From NCBI GenBank assembly GCA_019358915.1, contig JAHHIM010000010.1, positions 1 through 64,000 on the forward strand: DNA of 64,000 nucleotides, given 5' to 3'. Positions 1 to 11,669 of this stretch are shown piece by piece. Position numbers and translations under genes: made by a program. The notes beneath the pieces were generated by a model. It had not been told where the DNA came from. It did not search any database and worked only from the letters and a program-made list of their open reading frames with translations. The DNA is from Trichormus sp. ATA11-4-KO1 (GTDB taxonomy: Bacteria > Cyanobacteriota > Cyanobacteriia > Cyanobacteriales > Nostocaceae). The stretch's first letter is position 1, and each line of letters starts with the position of its first letter.

Positions 1-757
1 TTTGATGTTAGATTATTTATCTTCATGCCACAGATTCGTTCATTACTATAAGTCTTAATTAGCCAGATTTTTGCTTTTATCTTGACTGTAATCTCTTTGT
101 AATTCAAGTTGAAGTGCGGAATGTAGGTTTCAGTAAATCTCAAGGTCATCTTGTGATCAATATCATTGCGGTAATCTCATCTATATTTTTGTCACTTCAT
201 GTCGTACTAAACTGTGATGATGACCTTTGCTAGGATCAACTCAATAGCAGACAGTCACAGATTAATAACTGGGAAGCTTTACATTTGGTAATTAAACTTT
301 ACTACTAGTAATAATTGAGACTATAAAACTAACACATTATTCAGTAAGTAATGTACAAATGCCTTTACTGTAGTGTTTTAAACAATCTCGGTAGTTAGCC
401 CAGGGAATAAAAAGTTACATAAAAAAGCGATGCGATCGCTTAAATTATTCGTATCGGTGGTTTGACCCCCTCAGGGTAAAACCACTAATTAGGGTAATCT
501 TTTGAGGTAATAGATCATCTATCCCTGATTTAACAATAGAATGGGTTTGAGAACTACAAAATTTCTTCAACCTTTCTTCAACCTCTAAGGTTGCATACTC
601 ATTGAAGCTATGAAACTCACATACTTTATTTGATACAAGTATCTTTAATATTCAACAATCAATCTAAATTTATAGCTTCTAAAACCTCAGTAAAGGCTGA
701 ATTTTAACAGTTTTTTTAGTATTTCTTTCGCTATGTAGTTCTGATGTCAGTAAGATA

Positions 758-3700
758 ATGAAAATTGATGAATTAACTATGCGATTCAACAATCAGCTAA
801 TTAATTTTTCTCATTTATATCATGTTATTGATCATTGTCCGTTAACGATTAGCCCTGATAGTTATATAATTGATGCCATTATCTTGATGAGTCAGGAAAA
901 AACTCATAATTTATCACCCACTGACTCAAATTCTGCGACAGATTCTAGCGTATGCGCTCATCAAGAAACTGACTGTATCTTGGTCGTAGAGGGAAAAAAG
1001 CTTTTAGGAATTTTTACTTATAAAGATGTTATCAGAATTACAGCGAATAAAATTGATTTTTCCCAGGTAAAAATGGCTGAGGTTATGACACAGCCAGTCA
1101 TTACCCTGACACAAGCCAATTTCCATAACATTTACACAGCCTTGTCATTATTACATCAGCATCAGATTCGCCATCTACCAATTGTGGATGAGGAAGGGCA
1201 ATTGTTAGGCATTGTCACTGAAACTAGTTTGCTGCAAGCGATCGCTGGTGAAGTTGCAGCCTTACAGCAAATTTTACAAGACCCAATAGATGATTGCAGG
1301 CAAGCGAATCAACAACCAGAGGGGGGACGCTGCCAAACTCACGATCATTTAAAACAATGGTTCACTTCACAATCTATTGAACTGGTGCAAGTTAATCAGG
1401 TTCAGCAAACCCTCGAAGAACTTCAACTAACAGAACGCACAGCTGAACTTCTCGTATCCTACGAGCTTCTACAACGGGAAATTGCTGGACGCCAACGTAC
1501 CGAAGAGGCATTGCAGCAAAGTGAGAAACTTTATCGCCAACTAGTTGAAAGCCAAACCGACTTGATTACCCGCATAGATTTGCAGGGGCGGATTACCTTT
1601 GCCAACACAGCAGCTTGTCAAATATTGGGTCAGCAATTTGATGAATTGCTTGGTCAGCATTTGTTTGAGTTTTTTCATGTTGATGATTTGCCGCAAATAA
1701 CAGCCAATATCACCACTCTCCTATCCCCACCCCATCACTTGATCACAGATGAGCAACGTTTGTTCACAGTTGACGGTGTGCGCTGGTTTCAATGGAACGT
1801 TGCCGCAATTAAGAATGACGCGGGAGAGGTCGTTGAATTACAAGGGGTTGGCAGAGATATTACCGAGCGCAAGCAGATGGAGAGAGAACTACAAGCAGCG
1901 CTCGACCAACGCCAACAGGCAGAGTCAGCACTCTGCGAAAGCGAAGAACGCTATCGTTCAGTTGTTGCAGCCATCCAAGAGGGCGTTGTACTGCATGAGG
2001 CTAATGGCAATATAGTCGCCTGTAATGCCAGCGCCGAGAGGATTTTGGGACGTTCCACTGAGCACATCCTCAACCGCAACTGTAATGATCCCTGCTGGCA
2101 AACTATTCATCAAGACGGTTCTCCCTTCCCCGGTGACACTCATCCAGCCATGGTTACCTTACGTACAGGTCAACCCTGCGCGAATGTAGTCATGGGAGTC
2201 TATCAGCCCAATGGACAACTAACTTGGATTTCCATTAATTCCCAACCCCTATTTCGCGCCAACGACTCTCTTCCCTATGCCGTGGTCACTTCCTTTGCGG
2301 ATATTAGTGAACTGCAAGCAGCGCTCTGCGATCGCCAACAAGCAGAACAGAAAATCTTTGAACAAGCAGCCCTACTTGATATTGCCACCGATGCAATTTT
2401 AGTGCGAGATTTCCAATCCAAAATTTTATTCTGGAATCAAGGTGCAGAGCGTCTATACGGTTGGTGCGCACAAGAAGTTTTAGGCAAAGACCTCCAGCAG
2501 TTTTTGTACAAAAAAACTTCGCCTCAGCTAAAATCGGCTTTTAAAACTGTAACTGAGTCTGGCTCTTGGCAGGGTGAGTTGCATAAAGTGACAAAATCCG
2601 GCAAAGAAATTATTGTAGAAAGTCGCTGGACGCTGATGCATGATGCCGCAGGACAACCTAATATCCTTTCTGTTGACACTGACATTACCCAGAAGAAACA
2701 ACTGGAAGAGCAGTTTTTCCGCGCTCAACGATTAGAAAGTCTGGGTACTTTAGCAGGTGGGATTGCCCATGACTTAAATAATATATTGACACCAATTTTG
2801 GCTGCATCTCAACTGCTGCAAGTAAGATTACCTCAGGATAAAGAACATTATCAACACCTACTAGCGATTATCGAAAGCAACGCCAAACGTGGAGCTGCTT
2901 TAGTCAAGCAAGTGTTGTCATTTGCGCGCGGATTTAAGGGAGAGCGCACAATCGTTCAACTCAAGCACTTAATTTCGGAAATTACCCTGATAGCTAAACA
3001 AACATTTCCGAAATCAATTGAATTTGCCATCACCATACCAGAAGACTTGTGGGCTGTTTCTGGAGATGTTACACAACTGCATCAAGTGCTGATGAATTTA
3101 GTGGTTAATGCTCGTGATGCCATGCCAGACGGTGGTACTATCGAAATTTCTGCGGCAAATACGTTTATCGATGAAGCTTATACTCACATGAATCTTGATG
3201 CCAAAGTTGGTCATTATATTGTGATGACCATTGCGGATACGGGAATGGGGATGCCGCCGGAAATCTTAGATAGAATTTTTGATCCATTTTTCACCACCAA
3301 GGAAATCGGCACAGGTACGGGATTAGGACTTTCAACAGTGCTGGGTATTATCAAAAGCCACGGTGGTTTTGTGAGTGTGTCTAGCAAAGTTGATCAAGGC
3401 AGTAAATTTAAACTGTTTTTGCCGGCGGTGGAGGCAAATCAAGTACTTGATACCAATAATTTAGAAATACGTCAAGGCAAGGGAGAGCTGATTTTAATTG
3501 TGGATGATGAAACGCAAATTTGCGAGATTGCCAAAATCATCCTGGAAAAATACAACTACAAAGCCCTCACTGCTAATAATGGCATCGAAGCGATCGCACT
3601 CTACGCCCAGCACAAGCAGCAGATCAGCGCCGTTTTAATGGATATCATGATGCCCGAAATGGATGGGATCACAGCCATTCGCACCTTACAAAAAATGAAC

Positions 3701-3850
3701 CCACAGGTACAGATAATTGCTTGCAGTGGCATTAACCCAAATGAAACATTAGTGGCTTTGGATCATCCTGGTGTCCAGCTAGTGGTATCGAAACCTTACA
3801 CAGCACAGGAGTTATTGAACAGCTTACACCATATACTTAGTAAGAATTAG
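758..3850 (+). CDS. Hybrid sensor histidine kinase/response regulator (CBS pair, three PAS, HisKA, HATPase, REC)
   Basis: CBS motif ([19 protein letters not shown]), PAS/PAC repeats ([16 protein letters not shown]), H-box [10 protein letters not shown]-box [11 protein letters not shown]-boxes DTGMG/GTGLGL, REC (LIVDDE, MDIMMP). Confidence 0.95.
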   Translation: MKIDELTMRFNNQLINFSHLYHVIDHCPLTISPDSYIIDAIILMSQEKTHNLSPTDSNSATDSSVCAHQETDCILVVEGKKLLGIFTYKDVIRITANKIDFSQVKMAEVMTQPVITLTQANFHNIYTALSLLHQHQIRHLPIVDEEGQLLGIVTETSLLQAIAGEVAALQQILQDPIDDCRQANQQPEGGRCQTHDHLKQWFTSQSIELVQVNQVQQTLEELQLTERTAELLVSYELLQREIAGRQRTEEALQQSEKLYRQLVESQTDLITRIDLQGRITFANTAACQILGQQFDELLGQHLFEFFHVDDLPQITANITTLLSPPHHLITDEQRLFTVDGVRWFQWNVAAIKNDAGEVVELQGVGRDITERKQMERELQAALDQRQQAESALCESEERYRSVVAAIQEGVVLHEANGNIVACNASAERILGRSTEHILNRNCNDPCWQTIHQDGSPFPGDTHPAMVTLRTGQPCANVVMGVYQPNGQLTWISINSQPLFRANDSLPYAVVTSFADISELQAALCDRQQAEQKIFEQAALLDIATDAILVRDFQSKILFWNQGAERLYGWCAQEVLGKDLQQFLYKKTSPQLKSAFKTVTESGSWQGELHKVTKSGKEIIVESRWTLMHDAAGQPNILSVDTDITQKKQLEEQFFRAQRLESLGTLAGGIAHDLNNILTPILAASQLLQVRLPQDKEHYQHLLAIIESNAKRGAALVKQVLSFARGFKGERTIVQLKHLISEITLIAKQTFPKSIEFAITIPEDLWAVSGDVTQLHQVLMNLVVNARDAMPDGGTIEISAANTFIDEAYTHMNLDAKVGHYIVMTIADTGMGMPPEILDRIFDPFFTTKEIGTGTGLGLSTVLGIIKSHGGFVSVSSKVDQGSKFKLFLPAVEANQVLDTNNLEIRQGKGELILIVDDETQICEIAKIILEKYNYKALTANNGIEAIALYAQHKQQISAVLMDIMMPEMDGITAIRTLQKMNPQVQIIACSGINPNETLVALDHPGVQLVVSKPYTAQELLNSLHHILSKN

Positions 3851-3875
3851 CTGACCCCGCGTTTTACAACCAAAA

Positions 3876-4319
3876 CTACTTCATTGGCTGCTTTTGTTGC
3901 GAAATCGAGAGGGTATAGCTATACTGACGTTGAGATAACTCGCCCACGCGTAGTGTGTATTCTCCTGGCTGCCAATAGCCAGATAATTCTGGTTTGCTTC
4001 CAGAGTAATTATCTGCCATGACACAGAACCGTCCTCCAGGCCCATCAATTAAGAGTGTAGGCTGTCCAGGACTGTCAACTGTTAACCGCAAGTAAGGTAG
4101 TGGCTCGGTTACCTGGATAATTTGATTGGGTGTATCCGCAATGTTGCCGCAATTACTTGATACTGTTCCCCCAGATGTGCCACTTAAAACCAGTGGCTTT
4201 GACGGTAAATTGGAATTAACTTGGAGCCTTGGTACTTCAGCCAAACTAGCCTCAGTCAGCGCCAAACTCATTGCCAAAGCTGCGGGAACAACTGTAAGTA
4301 GCCTTAGCGTCTTCATCAT
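3876..4319 (-). CDS. Secreted hypothetical protein with signal peptide and a small beta-rich domain
   Basis: N-terminal signal peptide ending ASLA, two Cys, 147 aa ORF. Confidence 0.75.
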   Translation of the reverse strand: MMKTLRLLTVVPAALAMSLALTEASLAEVPRLQVNSNLPSKPLVLSGTSGGTVSSNCGNIADTPNQIIQVTEPLPYLRLTVDSPGQPTLLIDGPGGRFCVMADNYSGSKPELSGYWQPGEYTLRVGELSQRQYSYTLSISQQKQPMK

Positions 4320-4669
4320 TATTCATGCTCCCGACTATTTGTAAAGCGATATTGATTTAAATAGCCTGAATTAATAGACGACAGCAAATTATTTATGTTC
4401 CTCAAAGGTTTGTATAATTTTTTATTGCCTCAATTAATTATTATATGGCTAAATTTTGCAAAAACACGCCTTATTTGGTTTTCAGAGGGTGGAAATCAGT
4501 GTTATTTGTGGATGGAATTTAACACTAATTCGTAATTTAGGAAACAGAAAATTTACATATTTAGTAATATATCATACTTTATCTGTTAAACGAAACAAGA
4601 AAACCTTTCCCAAAGCGGTATGACACAAAAATCTCTAGGTTGTACTCTCCTGAAGATATAGATATTTTT

Positions 4670-4773
4670 GGCGTTGCTGAATCAAGGGCTGATCCTTGTA
4701 GGGTAGGCAGCGCTCAGTCGAACGCTTCCCATCCCACAAAACCAGCAAAATCATCCCACAAATATGCAATGCC
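4670..4773. mobile_element. MITE-like element with GGCGTTGC...GCAATGCC ends
   Basis: Imperfect terminal inverted repeats like the element at 10473-10587; no clear target duplication. Confidence 0.5.
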
Positions 4774-4783
4774 ATCATTCCTT

Positions 4784-4814
4784 ACTCAGCACTCAGCACT
4801 CAGCACTCAGCACT
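4784..4814. repeat. STRR-type heptamer tandem repeat (ACTCAGC)n
   Basis: actcagc x4 plus act. Confidence 0.9.
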
Positions 4815-4821
4815 TAAAAAG

Positions 4822-5166
4822 ATGAATCCTCAACCTGAAGAAGATTTACAACGTCGCCTCCAAAATTTAGAGGCACAGATAAATTCCCCATCAAGAAATG
4901 TAGGTCAACCGCCAGACCAAACACAGAAATCTCAATTTGATTTTTTCAACTTTAAATCACACTTAACGCGATCGCGGCTTTGGTTTAACAACTTGTCTGG
5001 GACAACCAAACTCATAGTTGCAGGCGTAGGAGTGGTATTAGGATTGGCGATACTGCAAACAGTAGTGAAACTAGTTACGTCTGTACTCAGTCTGGCACTA
5101 TTGGCAGTCTTAGTGTATTTTGGATACAAATTTTTTGTATCTGGTAGCTTTCAAAATAAGCAATAG
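4822..5166 (+). CDS. Small membrane protein (two C-terminal TM helices)
   Basis: 114 aa ORF with coiled N-terminus and hydrophobic C-terminal half. Confidence 0.8.
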   Translation: MNPQPEEDLQRRLQNLEAQINSPSRNVGQPPDQTQKSQFDFFNFKSHLTRSRLWFNNLSGTTKLIVAGVGVVLGLAILQTVVKLVTSVLSLALLAVLVYFGYKFFVSGSFQNKQ

Positions 5167-5220
5167 TCTATTTTAACTGCGCCGAGAGCCACATAAAAAT
5201 AAATTCAAAGGAATTATGCA

Positions 5221-7368
5221 ATGGCGACTCCAATTGTGAGGAGAAGTACTAGTCAATCTAGCCAGTCAAAAGAACCGGGAAAAGTCAATTCATTGCCCTT
5301 AAATACTAGACGTTTTGCTGCTTGGGCCACTGAAATCACGTTGGTGGTGGTCAGTGGCTTGGTTCCCTTCGGACTAGGTGTTTATGTCAATTCTCGCAGC
5401 GAATTCAATCGAGTACCCCTCAACCCAGTACTGGTAGTCACCGAAAGAGCGATCGCCAAGCCTTTAGCCTTGCCTGTAAGTTACGGCATCCGCAACGTAG
5501 CAGCCCCGACCAATTTTTTGTGGATAGTAGCTTTGTTAGCGCCGCTAACGCTCTCATGGTGGCAATTATATTTACTGGCGAAAACAGGTAGTACTATTCC
5601 TAAGCGGAAGTTCGGTGTGCGAATTGTTAACGAACAAGGCAAACCACCCGGTTTAGCAGCAGCCATAGCGCGGGAAGGTATTGGTCGCTGGACTGTACCC
5701 ACTTCTATCGCCTATATTCTTTGGCGTTACAGTTTTGCCTTTCCCAACTTAGGATTGTTCACCTTTTTGACTGTATTGATGGTGTTAGCAGAAGGGTTAG
5801 CCTTGCCATCACGCCGGGGACGGCGCGCACTACATGACTGGTTGGCAGGTACATACACCGTAGATGCTACTCGTCCCTTGCCGTCTTCTGCCAGAGGTCA
5901 TGAATCCCAGCAACAGCAAGAGGTAGAAGAATTAGCCCCTGTATCCATGGCAATGCTCACAGGAGAAACAACAAATACTCCTTCCCTGTGGCGGCGAATG
6001 CGGCAAAACCCCAGTCTGACACTGTTCGGGGTAGCGCTGACAAGCATGATAGCTGTACTAGCGACTTTAGTGGCCACCCAAGTCTACATCCAAACTCAGC
6101 AAACCCGGCGAGAAACCAAGCAAATCAACAGCCAAAAATTTCTCACACTCGTACAAAAATTGAGTCCCAACTCTGGTGCTACCAATGAGGAGCGCCAAAG
6201 TATGATTCTGGCAATGGGTGGTCTCAATGACCAGCAGTCCATCCAATTTCTTGCTGACCTTCTGGTGAACGAAACTAACCCGATGCTTCTGAATACAATT
6301 CAACAAGCTTTGACTGGTGTCGGACTCCCAGCCATCCCTGAACTAAAAACTAAAAATCAGTTTTTGGCAAGTGAACTAGAGTCTGTGCGTAGTAATACCA
6401 CTCAAGAGCGGGAATTGCGACAACAGCGATTACACATAAACCAGGAGACAATCAACAAAATTCTCAGCGTTTATAGTGGTCAAGTCGCAGATATTGATCT
6501 CAGTCGCGTTCAATTAGGACAAAGTGGCACTCCAGGAAGTTCCTTCTTCAACTTGGTTCTAGACAATGTTGATTTAGCGGGAATTGACTTGAAATCGGCA
6601 AATCTTAACCAAGCTAGTTTTAAGAATAGTCGCTTCCGGGGCACAGGTGCAGATGGGCGCTGGGATACCTATGATGATGCGATCGCTGATTTGAGTCAAG
6701 CTCAAATGAAACAAGCTAATTTCACCGATGCTAATCTCAGTCGCGTCATCATGAACCGGAGCGATTTAAGTCGCGCTACTCTCAACAGAGCCAACCTCTC
6801 CCATGCACGTCTAATTGAAGCTGATCTCAGCAGCACTCAACTAGTGGGAGCTGATCTGCGGGGTGCAGTCTTAGAAAAAGCCAGCTTCACAGGGGCAGAT
6901 TTAGGTGACGCAAAATTCAATGAGGCTAATTTATACGCTGCTCGTTTAAGTCGCGTCATTGCTATAGGCACACAATTGTCGTTTGCTAATTTAACTAATA
7001 CTGATTGGCGAGGAGCAGATTTATCCGGGGCTTATTTAGATCGTGCCAATCTCAGCAACGCCAACTTAAGTGCAACTCGTCTAACTGGCGCTGTTTTACG
7101 CTCTGCCAAGCTGGAAAATACTAACTTGCAAAATGCTGACCTGAGTTTTGTGGATTTACGGGGAGCGAATGTCACAGGAGCCGATTTCCAAGGAGCGATT
7201 CTGGCTCCCGGTAGACAAGATCCAGAAGACCAATTTGTCCAAATGCCAGAAATCGGCGCAATATCGGCTGTAGTCCAAGGCGTTGATTTTTCTCAAGCCA
7301 AAAATTTAGATACTAGGCAACTGGCCTATATTTGTACGCAAGGAGGTATTCATCCTCGTTGTCCGTAG
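5221..7368 (+). CDS. hglK: RDD-domain membrane protein with pentapeptide repeats, HglK-like (heterocyst glycolipid deposition)
   Basis: RDD motifs (RRFAAW...E, ALHDWLAGT), several TM helices, long A(D/N)Lxx pentapeptide tract; size and architecture as recalled for HglK. Confidence 0.65.
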   Translation: MATPIVRRSTSQSSQSKEPGKVNSLPLNTRRFAAWATEITLVVVSGLVPFGLGVYVNSRSEFNRVPLNPVLVVTERAIAKPLALPVSYGIRNVAAPTNFLWIVALLAPLTLSWWQLYLLAKTGSTIPKRKFGVRIVNEQGKPPGLAAAIAREGIGRWTVPTSIAYILWRYSFAFPNLGLFTFLTVLMVLAEGLALPSRRGRRALHDWLAGTYTVDATRPLPSSARGHESQQQQEVEELAPVSMAMLTGETTNTPSLWRRMRQNPSLTLFGVALTSMIAVLATLVATQVYIQTQQTRRETKQINSQKFLTLVQKLSPNSGATNEERQSMILAMGGLNDQQSIQFLADLLVNETNPMLLNTIQQALTGVGLPAIPELKTKNQFLASELESVRSNTTQERELRQQRLHINQETINKILSVYSGQVADIDLSRVQLGQSGTPGSSFFNLVLDNVDLAGIDLKSANLNQASFKNSRFRGTGADGRWDTYDDAIADLSQAQMKQANFTDANLSRVIMNRSDLSRATLNRANLSHARLIEADLSSTQLVGADLRGAVLEKASFTGADLGDAKFNEANLYAARLSRVIAIGTQLSFANLTNTDWRGADLSGAYLDRANLSNANLSATRLTGAVLRSAKLENTNLQNADLSFVDLRGANVTGADFQGAILAPGRQDPEDQFVQMPEIGAISAVVQGVDFSQAKNLDTRQLAYICTQGGIHPRCP

Positions 7369-7675
7369 TTTGGGGAGTGGGGAGTAGGGCAGGGCTGTTT
7401 CATTCGCTTGTGTTGGAGATTTGTCAAGAGGATAATCTCACGCAAAGGCGCAAAGACGCAAAGAAAAATCAGGTATTTCGGACTGAAGATGCCAAAATTT
7501 TTGGTCTTAATTGTGGATTTGCCCTTGCAATTTTAACCCTTTTAGGGAACGAATCAGCCCTGGGGAGTAGGGGAGCAAACAAACTCTTATTCTTCCTCGT
7601 TCTCCTCGTCTCCCCTTGAGGTAATTTATTTTGCCTTTACCCATGACCGATGATCAGTAACAGAGATAAGATAAG

Positions 7676-7912
7676 ATATCTTGCACCAGGTGACTAGAAG
7701 TCACGGCTATACAAACATAAGGCCACCTACGTGGGTTTGAACCCTAGTCTTTTCAACGTGTAATGTATTTTTCTTGGTGTCTTAGTGGTAAAAAAATAAC
7801 TTTTGAACCACAACGGCACAAAGACGAGCCAGGCTTTGGGCGGCTCCGCCGACTTGTAGCAACTGGCGTACAAAGGTGGAAAGCCTAAAATTTTGTCCTA
7901 GGTGCAAGATAT
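7676..7912. mobile_element. MITE-like composite element with nested dispersed repeats
   Basis: 12-bp perfect inverted ends ATATCTTGCACC (7676-7687) / GGTGCAAGATAT (7901-7912); internal REP/SDR-like units also seen near 18857, 45582 and 63909. Confidence 0.55.
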
Positions 7913-7958
7913 GAGCAAACGAACCTTTAAAATTTAAAATGGTGTGAGGCGTCTGGGA

Positions 7959-8456
7959 ATGAAATATCTTTCGTATTTAGTTCCGGTTTTAGCGGCTGGC
8001 TCAGTCTTGAGTATGGCTATCGATATTCAACCAGCACAGGCTCAAGTAGCTTATGGTAGCTATGTCGGTGTCGGGCCGACTGTGGGAATTACTGATGGGA
8101 TTCAAATTGGCGGGGTCGTAGCTGTCCGCTACAAACTTTTGGAAGCACCGATTTCTTTTCGCGCTCAAGCTTTAGTTGGTAGGAATACGGCAGTTGTACC
8201 TACAGTTTCCTACGACCTGCCACTTAACTGGCAAACTGATGCCTACTTGGGTGCTGGTTTGGTGTTAGCTGGTGGTGACAGTTCTTCTCCTGTGGGTAAT
8301 AAAATCAGTTTTGCTTTACAACCAGGAATTGATTACATTGTCCCAAATAGTAATACTGTGATTTTTGGCAATGCCATCATTGCTTTTGATGCTTACCGTG
8401 AAGGTGGCGGTGGTGCGGCTGTCTCTTTACAAGGTGGTGTAGGTTTGAGATTTTAA
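7959..8456 (+). CDS. Outer-membrane beta-barrel-like protein
   Basis: Signal peptide ending AQA, alternating beta-strand pattern, C-terminal GVGLRF; ATG 7959 preferred over GTG 7944. Confidence 0.7.
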   Translation: MKYLSYLVPVLAAGSVLSMAIDIQPAQAQVAYGSYVGVGPTVGITDGIQIGGVVAVRYKLLEAPISFRAQALVGRNTAVVPTVSYDLPLNWQTDAYLGAGLVLAGGDSSSPVGNKISFALQPGIDYIVPNSNTVIFGNAIIAFDAYREGGGGAAVSLQGGVGLRF

Positions 8457-8482
8457 TCGCGAAGGCTGGACTACAAATTTTA

Positions 8483-9973
8483 TCAGGATGCTGTGTTCAG
8501 TTCTGGCGATTTGAAATTAAAGCTTTGGAAACTGGGAGTTAAATAATTCTTGATTAAGCGACCAAGAATTTCAATTCCCTGTTCAATATCCTCTGGTGTG
8601 TGGCAAAAGTTTAACCGCATAGCTGGATAGCCTTGTCCTGGAAAAAATACGGCACCGTTGGCAACAAGGATATTATGAGATAAGGCTTCTCGGCAAATTG
8701 CCTGAATGGGTAAATGATCTGGCAGATGAGTCCACAAAAATAAACCGCCTTTGGGAATAGTCCAGGCGATCGCATCGGGAAAATAATGTTCTAATGCTTG
8801 TAGCATCACATTCCGGCTTTGTAAGTTACTAGTCCGCAAACGACTCAGGTGACGGCGGTAATGTCCTGAACCGAGAAACTCACTGACAATTGCCTGAGAT
8901 ACCGTAGAGACGTGCAGGTCATTTAGTAATTTTTGCTTAACTAGATGCTGATAATGTTCACCTGTGACTACCATGTAACCAACTCTTAATCCAGGCATCA
9001 GGGTTTTCGAGAATGTACTGATGTAGGTAACCAAATTGTGGCGATCTAGTGCCTTGATGGGAGCAGGAACAGGTTCAAAATTTAACCCTTCATAGGCATT
9101 ATCTTCCAAAATCAGACACTCATACTCTTGTGCCAACGCCAGTAATTTTTGGCGATGTACCTGAGAAGTTGTGATGCCTGTGGGATTATGTAGGGTGCTG
9201 ATGGTATAAATTAATTTTGGTCTGTGACTTTGAAGATACTGCTCCAGCAATTCTAAATTCATGCCCTCCGCAGTCATGGGAATTCCTATAACCTTGGCTC
9301 CCAAGTTTTCCAAAATACCCAATGCACCATGATAAGTTGGTGTCTCTACAATTACCCAATCACTCGGCTGGAGATAGTATTGCATTGCTAGCGATAGAGC
9401 TTGTTCTGAGCCAGTGGTAATAATTATTTCTTCAGGAGAAACCTCTAATCCTTGTGGCACTAACATCTGAGCAATCAATTGTCGCAGAAGCAGTTGCCCT
9501 TGGGGAAAATCATATTTAAAGAGGGTATCTGTGGCTTTCATCATTGCCCGCTTGGCAATTCGTTGGAGATTGTTTGAGCTAGAATTATGCGGAAAACCTG
9601 AACTGAAGTCAATAATATTTGACTGTTGTTGAGCCTGTAGTGAAGCTATATATTGTTCAGAGAATGACCCTCCCCCTTCGGAAATGATTACCTTTTGGGC
9701 TGGGGCAAAGTGCGAGCGCAATGTAAAATCAGAAGCTATACGGTTAACAAAATATCCTGAACCTTGGCGAGCATAAATCAGTCCATCGGCTTCTAAGAGA
9801 CTGTAAGCCTCAATTACAGTCAATTTGTTGACTTGAATACTTTCGGACAACGCTCTAATGGAGGGAAGTTTTTGTCCAGCAGGGATTTTGCCAGATTGAA
9901 TCAGACGACTCAGATAATCACGAATTTGCAGATAAATAGGCTTTTGTGAGTGCCGATCTAAGGGAATAATCAC
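8483..9973 (-). CDS. MocR/GabR-family regulator (GntR HTH + PLP aminotransferase domain)
   Basis: GntR HTH (LPSIRALS...GSGYFV), PLP motifs HNPTG, ILEDNAY, STFSKTLMPGLRVGY; GTG 9973 preceded by AGGAGG. Confidence 0.92.
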   Translation of the reverse strand: MIIPLDRHSQKPIYLQIRDYLSRLIQSGKIPAGQKLPSIRALSESIQVNKLTVIEAYSLLEADGLIYARQGSGYFVNRIASDFTLRSHFAPAQKVIISEGGGSFSEQYIASLQAQQQSNIIDFSSGFPHNSSSNNLQRIAKRAMMKATDTLFKYDFPQGQLLLRQLIAQMLVPQGLEVSPEEIIITTGSEQALSLAMQYYLQPSDWVIVETPTYHGALGILENLGAKVIGIPMTAEGMNLELLEQYLQSHRPKLIYTISTLHNPTGITTSQVHRQKLLALAQEYECLILEDNAYEGLNFEPVPAPIKALDRHNLVTYISTFSKTLMPGLRVGYMVVTGEHYQHLVKQKLLNDLHVSTVSQAIVSEFLGSGHYRRHLSRLRTSNLQSRNVMLQALEHYFPDAIAWTIPKGGLFLWTHLPDHLPIQAICREALSHNILVANGAVFFPGQGYPAMRLNFCHTPEDIEQGIEILGRLIKNYLTPSFQSFNFKSPELNTAS

Positions 9974-10041
9974 AGCGCCACCCCTCCTTAAGGACGATAG
10001 CAAGGACTATGGGCAATATAAGGGATTTTTTGGCGCTTTAA

Positions 10042-10123
10042 CTGGTACAGTTGAGAGCAATTCGACTAGAACAGTGAGAATTGCTACTACTGTACTAGTG
10101 CAAATTGTCTAAATCTGTACCTT
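10042..10123. promoter_or_regulatory. Candidate operator array between divergent genes (repeats of CT(A/G)G(T/A)ACAGT)
   Basis: Direct copies at 10042 and 10066; inverted copies at 10089 and (partial) 10114. Confidence 0.45.
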
Positions 10124-10182
10124 CTCACAAAGCTGTTACCAAGCGAATCTAGAAAGTATCTGATGTTCGCTTGAGGGTGGAG

Positions 10183-10410
10183 ATGAAAATAGTTGACGCA
10201 TGGTTGCAGCTAGAATCAAAATTCCAAAGAGTTTGGCAGAGCTTAGTTACAGCACTATCAACCAGTAATGAATTACAAGTTTGGCAGAAAAGCGATCGCT
10301 TTGGGCATATTTTTTGGCAAGCCTATAACCCCGCAACAGGTTGTTCTGCTTGTTTTGGCTCTGAAGAGGAAATACGAGTGTGGATTGAGATGCAATATTA
10401 TTCTAGGTAA
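10183..10410 (+). CDS. Small hypothetical protein, divergent from the MocR regulator
   Basis: ORF with W-rich motif WQAYNPATG...FGSEEEIRVWIE. Confidence 0.7.
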   Translation: MKIVDAWLQLESKFQRVWQSLVTALSTSNELQVWQKSDRFGHIFWQAYNPATGCSACFGSEEEIRVWIEMQYYSR

Positions 10411-10472
10411 TCTACGTAACCAAGTAAGTCGTCATCAATAATTAAAGGTTTGTAGTCAGGACTTTAGTCCTG

Positions 10473-10587
10473 GGCGTTGCTGATTGAAAATATGAATTTG
10501 TTTCACGCAGAGTCGCAGAGTCGCAGAGAGTAAGAGTTTGAAAGATGAAGTTTTTGAATTTCATATCCTGATTAAGCAACCAACGCC
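10473..10587. mobile_element. MITE with 8-bp target-site duplication
   Basis: Ends GGCGTTG...CAACGCC with internal inverted ATATGAA/TTCATAT; flanked by TAGTCCTG at 10465-10472 and 10588-10595. Confidence 0.8.
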
Positions 10588-10696
10588 TAGTCCTGAATTA
10601 AGGGCTGTACTGCTTCGCAGAACCCGTAGGGTAGCCCTTACATAAATCAAATAGTAGTCCTATATGTATAGGCTATGTACTCTGATTTTCCCCAGT

Positions 10697-11470
10697 TTAA
10701 GACAGCAAGCTAGCAGAATTCACATCTAAAAATAACGTTGCTGACAATTGTTGTCTCAAAATTGATGCTGGACAATTGGTGCTAATTGATCCTTGTAACA
10801 TCTCTTTTACCACCTGTGCCTTACGTTTTTCTGGTGCTAGGCAAATAATTTTTTTCGCTGCACAAATCAAAGGCAAAGTCACAGTAAAAGCGTACTGCGG
10901 AACACTATCGATGTTGGGGAAATGTCCTGTATTAACTTGTTGCTGGCGATTTGCTGTATCTAATTTCACCAGTTTTACGCTGTAAGGATCTTGAAAGTTG
11001 GCCACGGCTGGATCGTTAAAAGCCAAATGTCCATTTTCACCAACACCAAGACAACATAAATCAATTGGCTGTGCTTGCAATAATTTGGTGTAGCGATCGC
11101 ACTCGGCTACAGGTTCCAATGCATCACCTTCAATATAATGAAACTGCTGGGGACACACCCGCTTTTCTACACGTTCTCGCATATATCGCCGGAAACTAGC
11201 AGGATGGTCAGCAGTCACTCCCAAATATTCATCTAAATGAAATAAGGTAATTCGCGACCAATCTACACCACCCAACGGTATCAAAGCATCAAGAAATTTG
11301 AGTTGGGAATTTCCTGTTGCTAATAGGACAGCAGCTGTATCCTGCTGCTGAAGAACTTGCTGTAAATACTTTTGGGTGATTTCTGCAACATCTTGCGCCA
11401 TTTCAGCTTCAGAGTTGTAAATCTGCACTAATAAATCATCGACACGAAAAAGTTTTGTAGCGGCTAGCAT
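10697..11470 (-). CDS. nagB: Glucosamine-6-phosphate deaminase family protein
   Basis: LATGNSQ, FHLDEYLG, LGVGENGHLAFNDP, CPASILR motifs. Confidence 0.85.
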   Translation of the reverse strand: MLAATKLFRVDDLLVQIYNSEAEMAQDVAEITQKYLQQVLQQQDTAAVLLATGNSQLKFLDALIPLGGVDWSRITLFHLDEYLGVTADHPASFRRYMRERVEKRVCPQQFHYIEGDALEPVAECDRYTKLLQAQPIDLCCLGVGENGHLAFNDPAVANFQDPYSVKLVKLDTANRQQQVNTGHFPNIDSVPQYAFTVTLPLICAAKKIICLAPEKRKAQVVKEMLQGSISTNCPASILRQQLSATLFLDVNSASLLS

Positions 11471-11669
11471 TTGCTTACACGGAATATTGTAACTTGAGGA
11501 GCAATCCTTGTCTTCCCCTGACGTACCTTTTTCAGTATAGATTTCAGGATTTAGCTAATTGATGATAGTTTTTTGTCTGGATATTAACCTAGGCACAACG
11601 ATTGAGGACAAAAAACCATGTAAACTATGTAAATTAAGTTAACAATTATTTACAATTTACCAAAAAATC

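Noticed and set aside
4640..4825. 61-aa ORF
   Set aside because: Made of a MITE-like element and an STRR tract
7332..7619. 95-aa ORF
   Set aside because: Overlaps the hglK-like stop and runs through repeat-derived sequence
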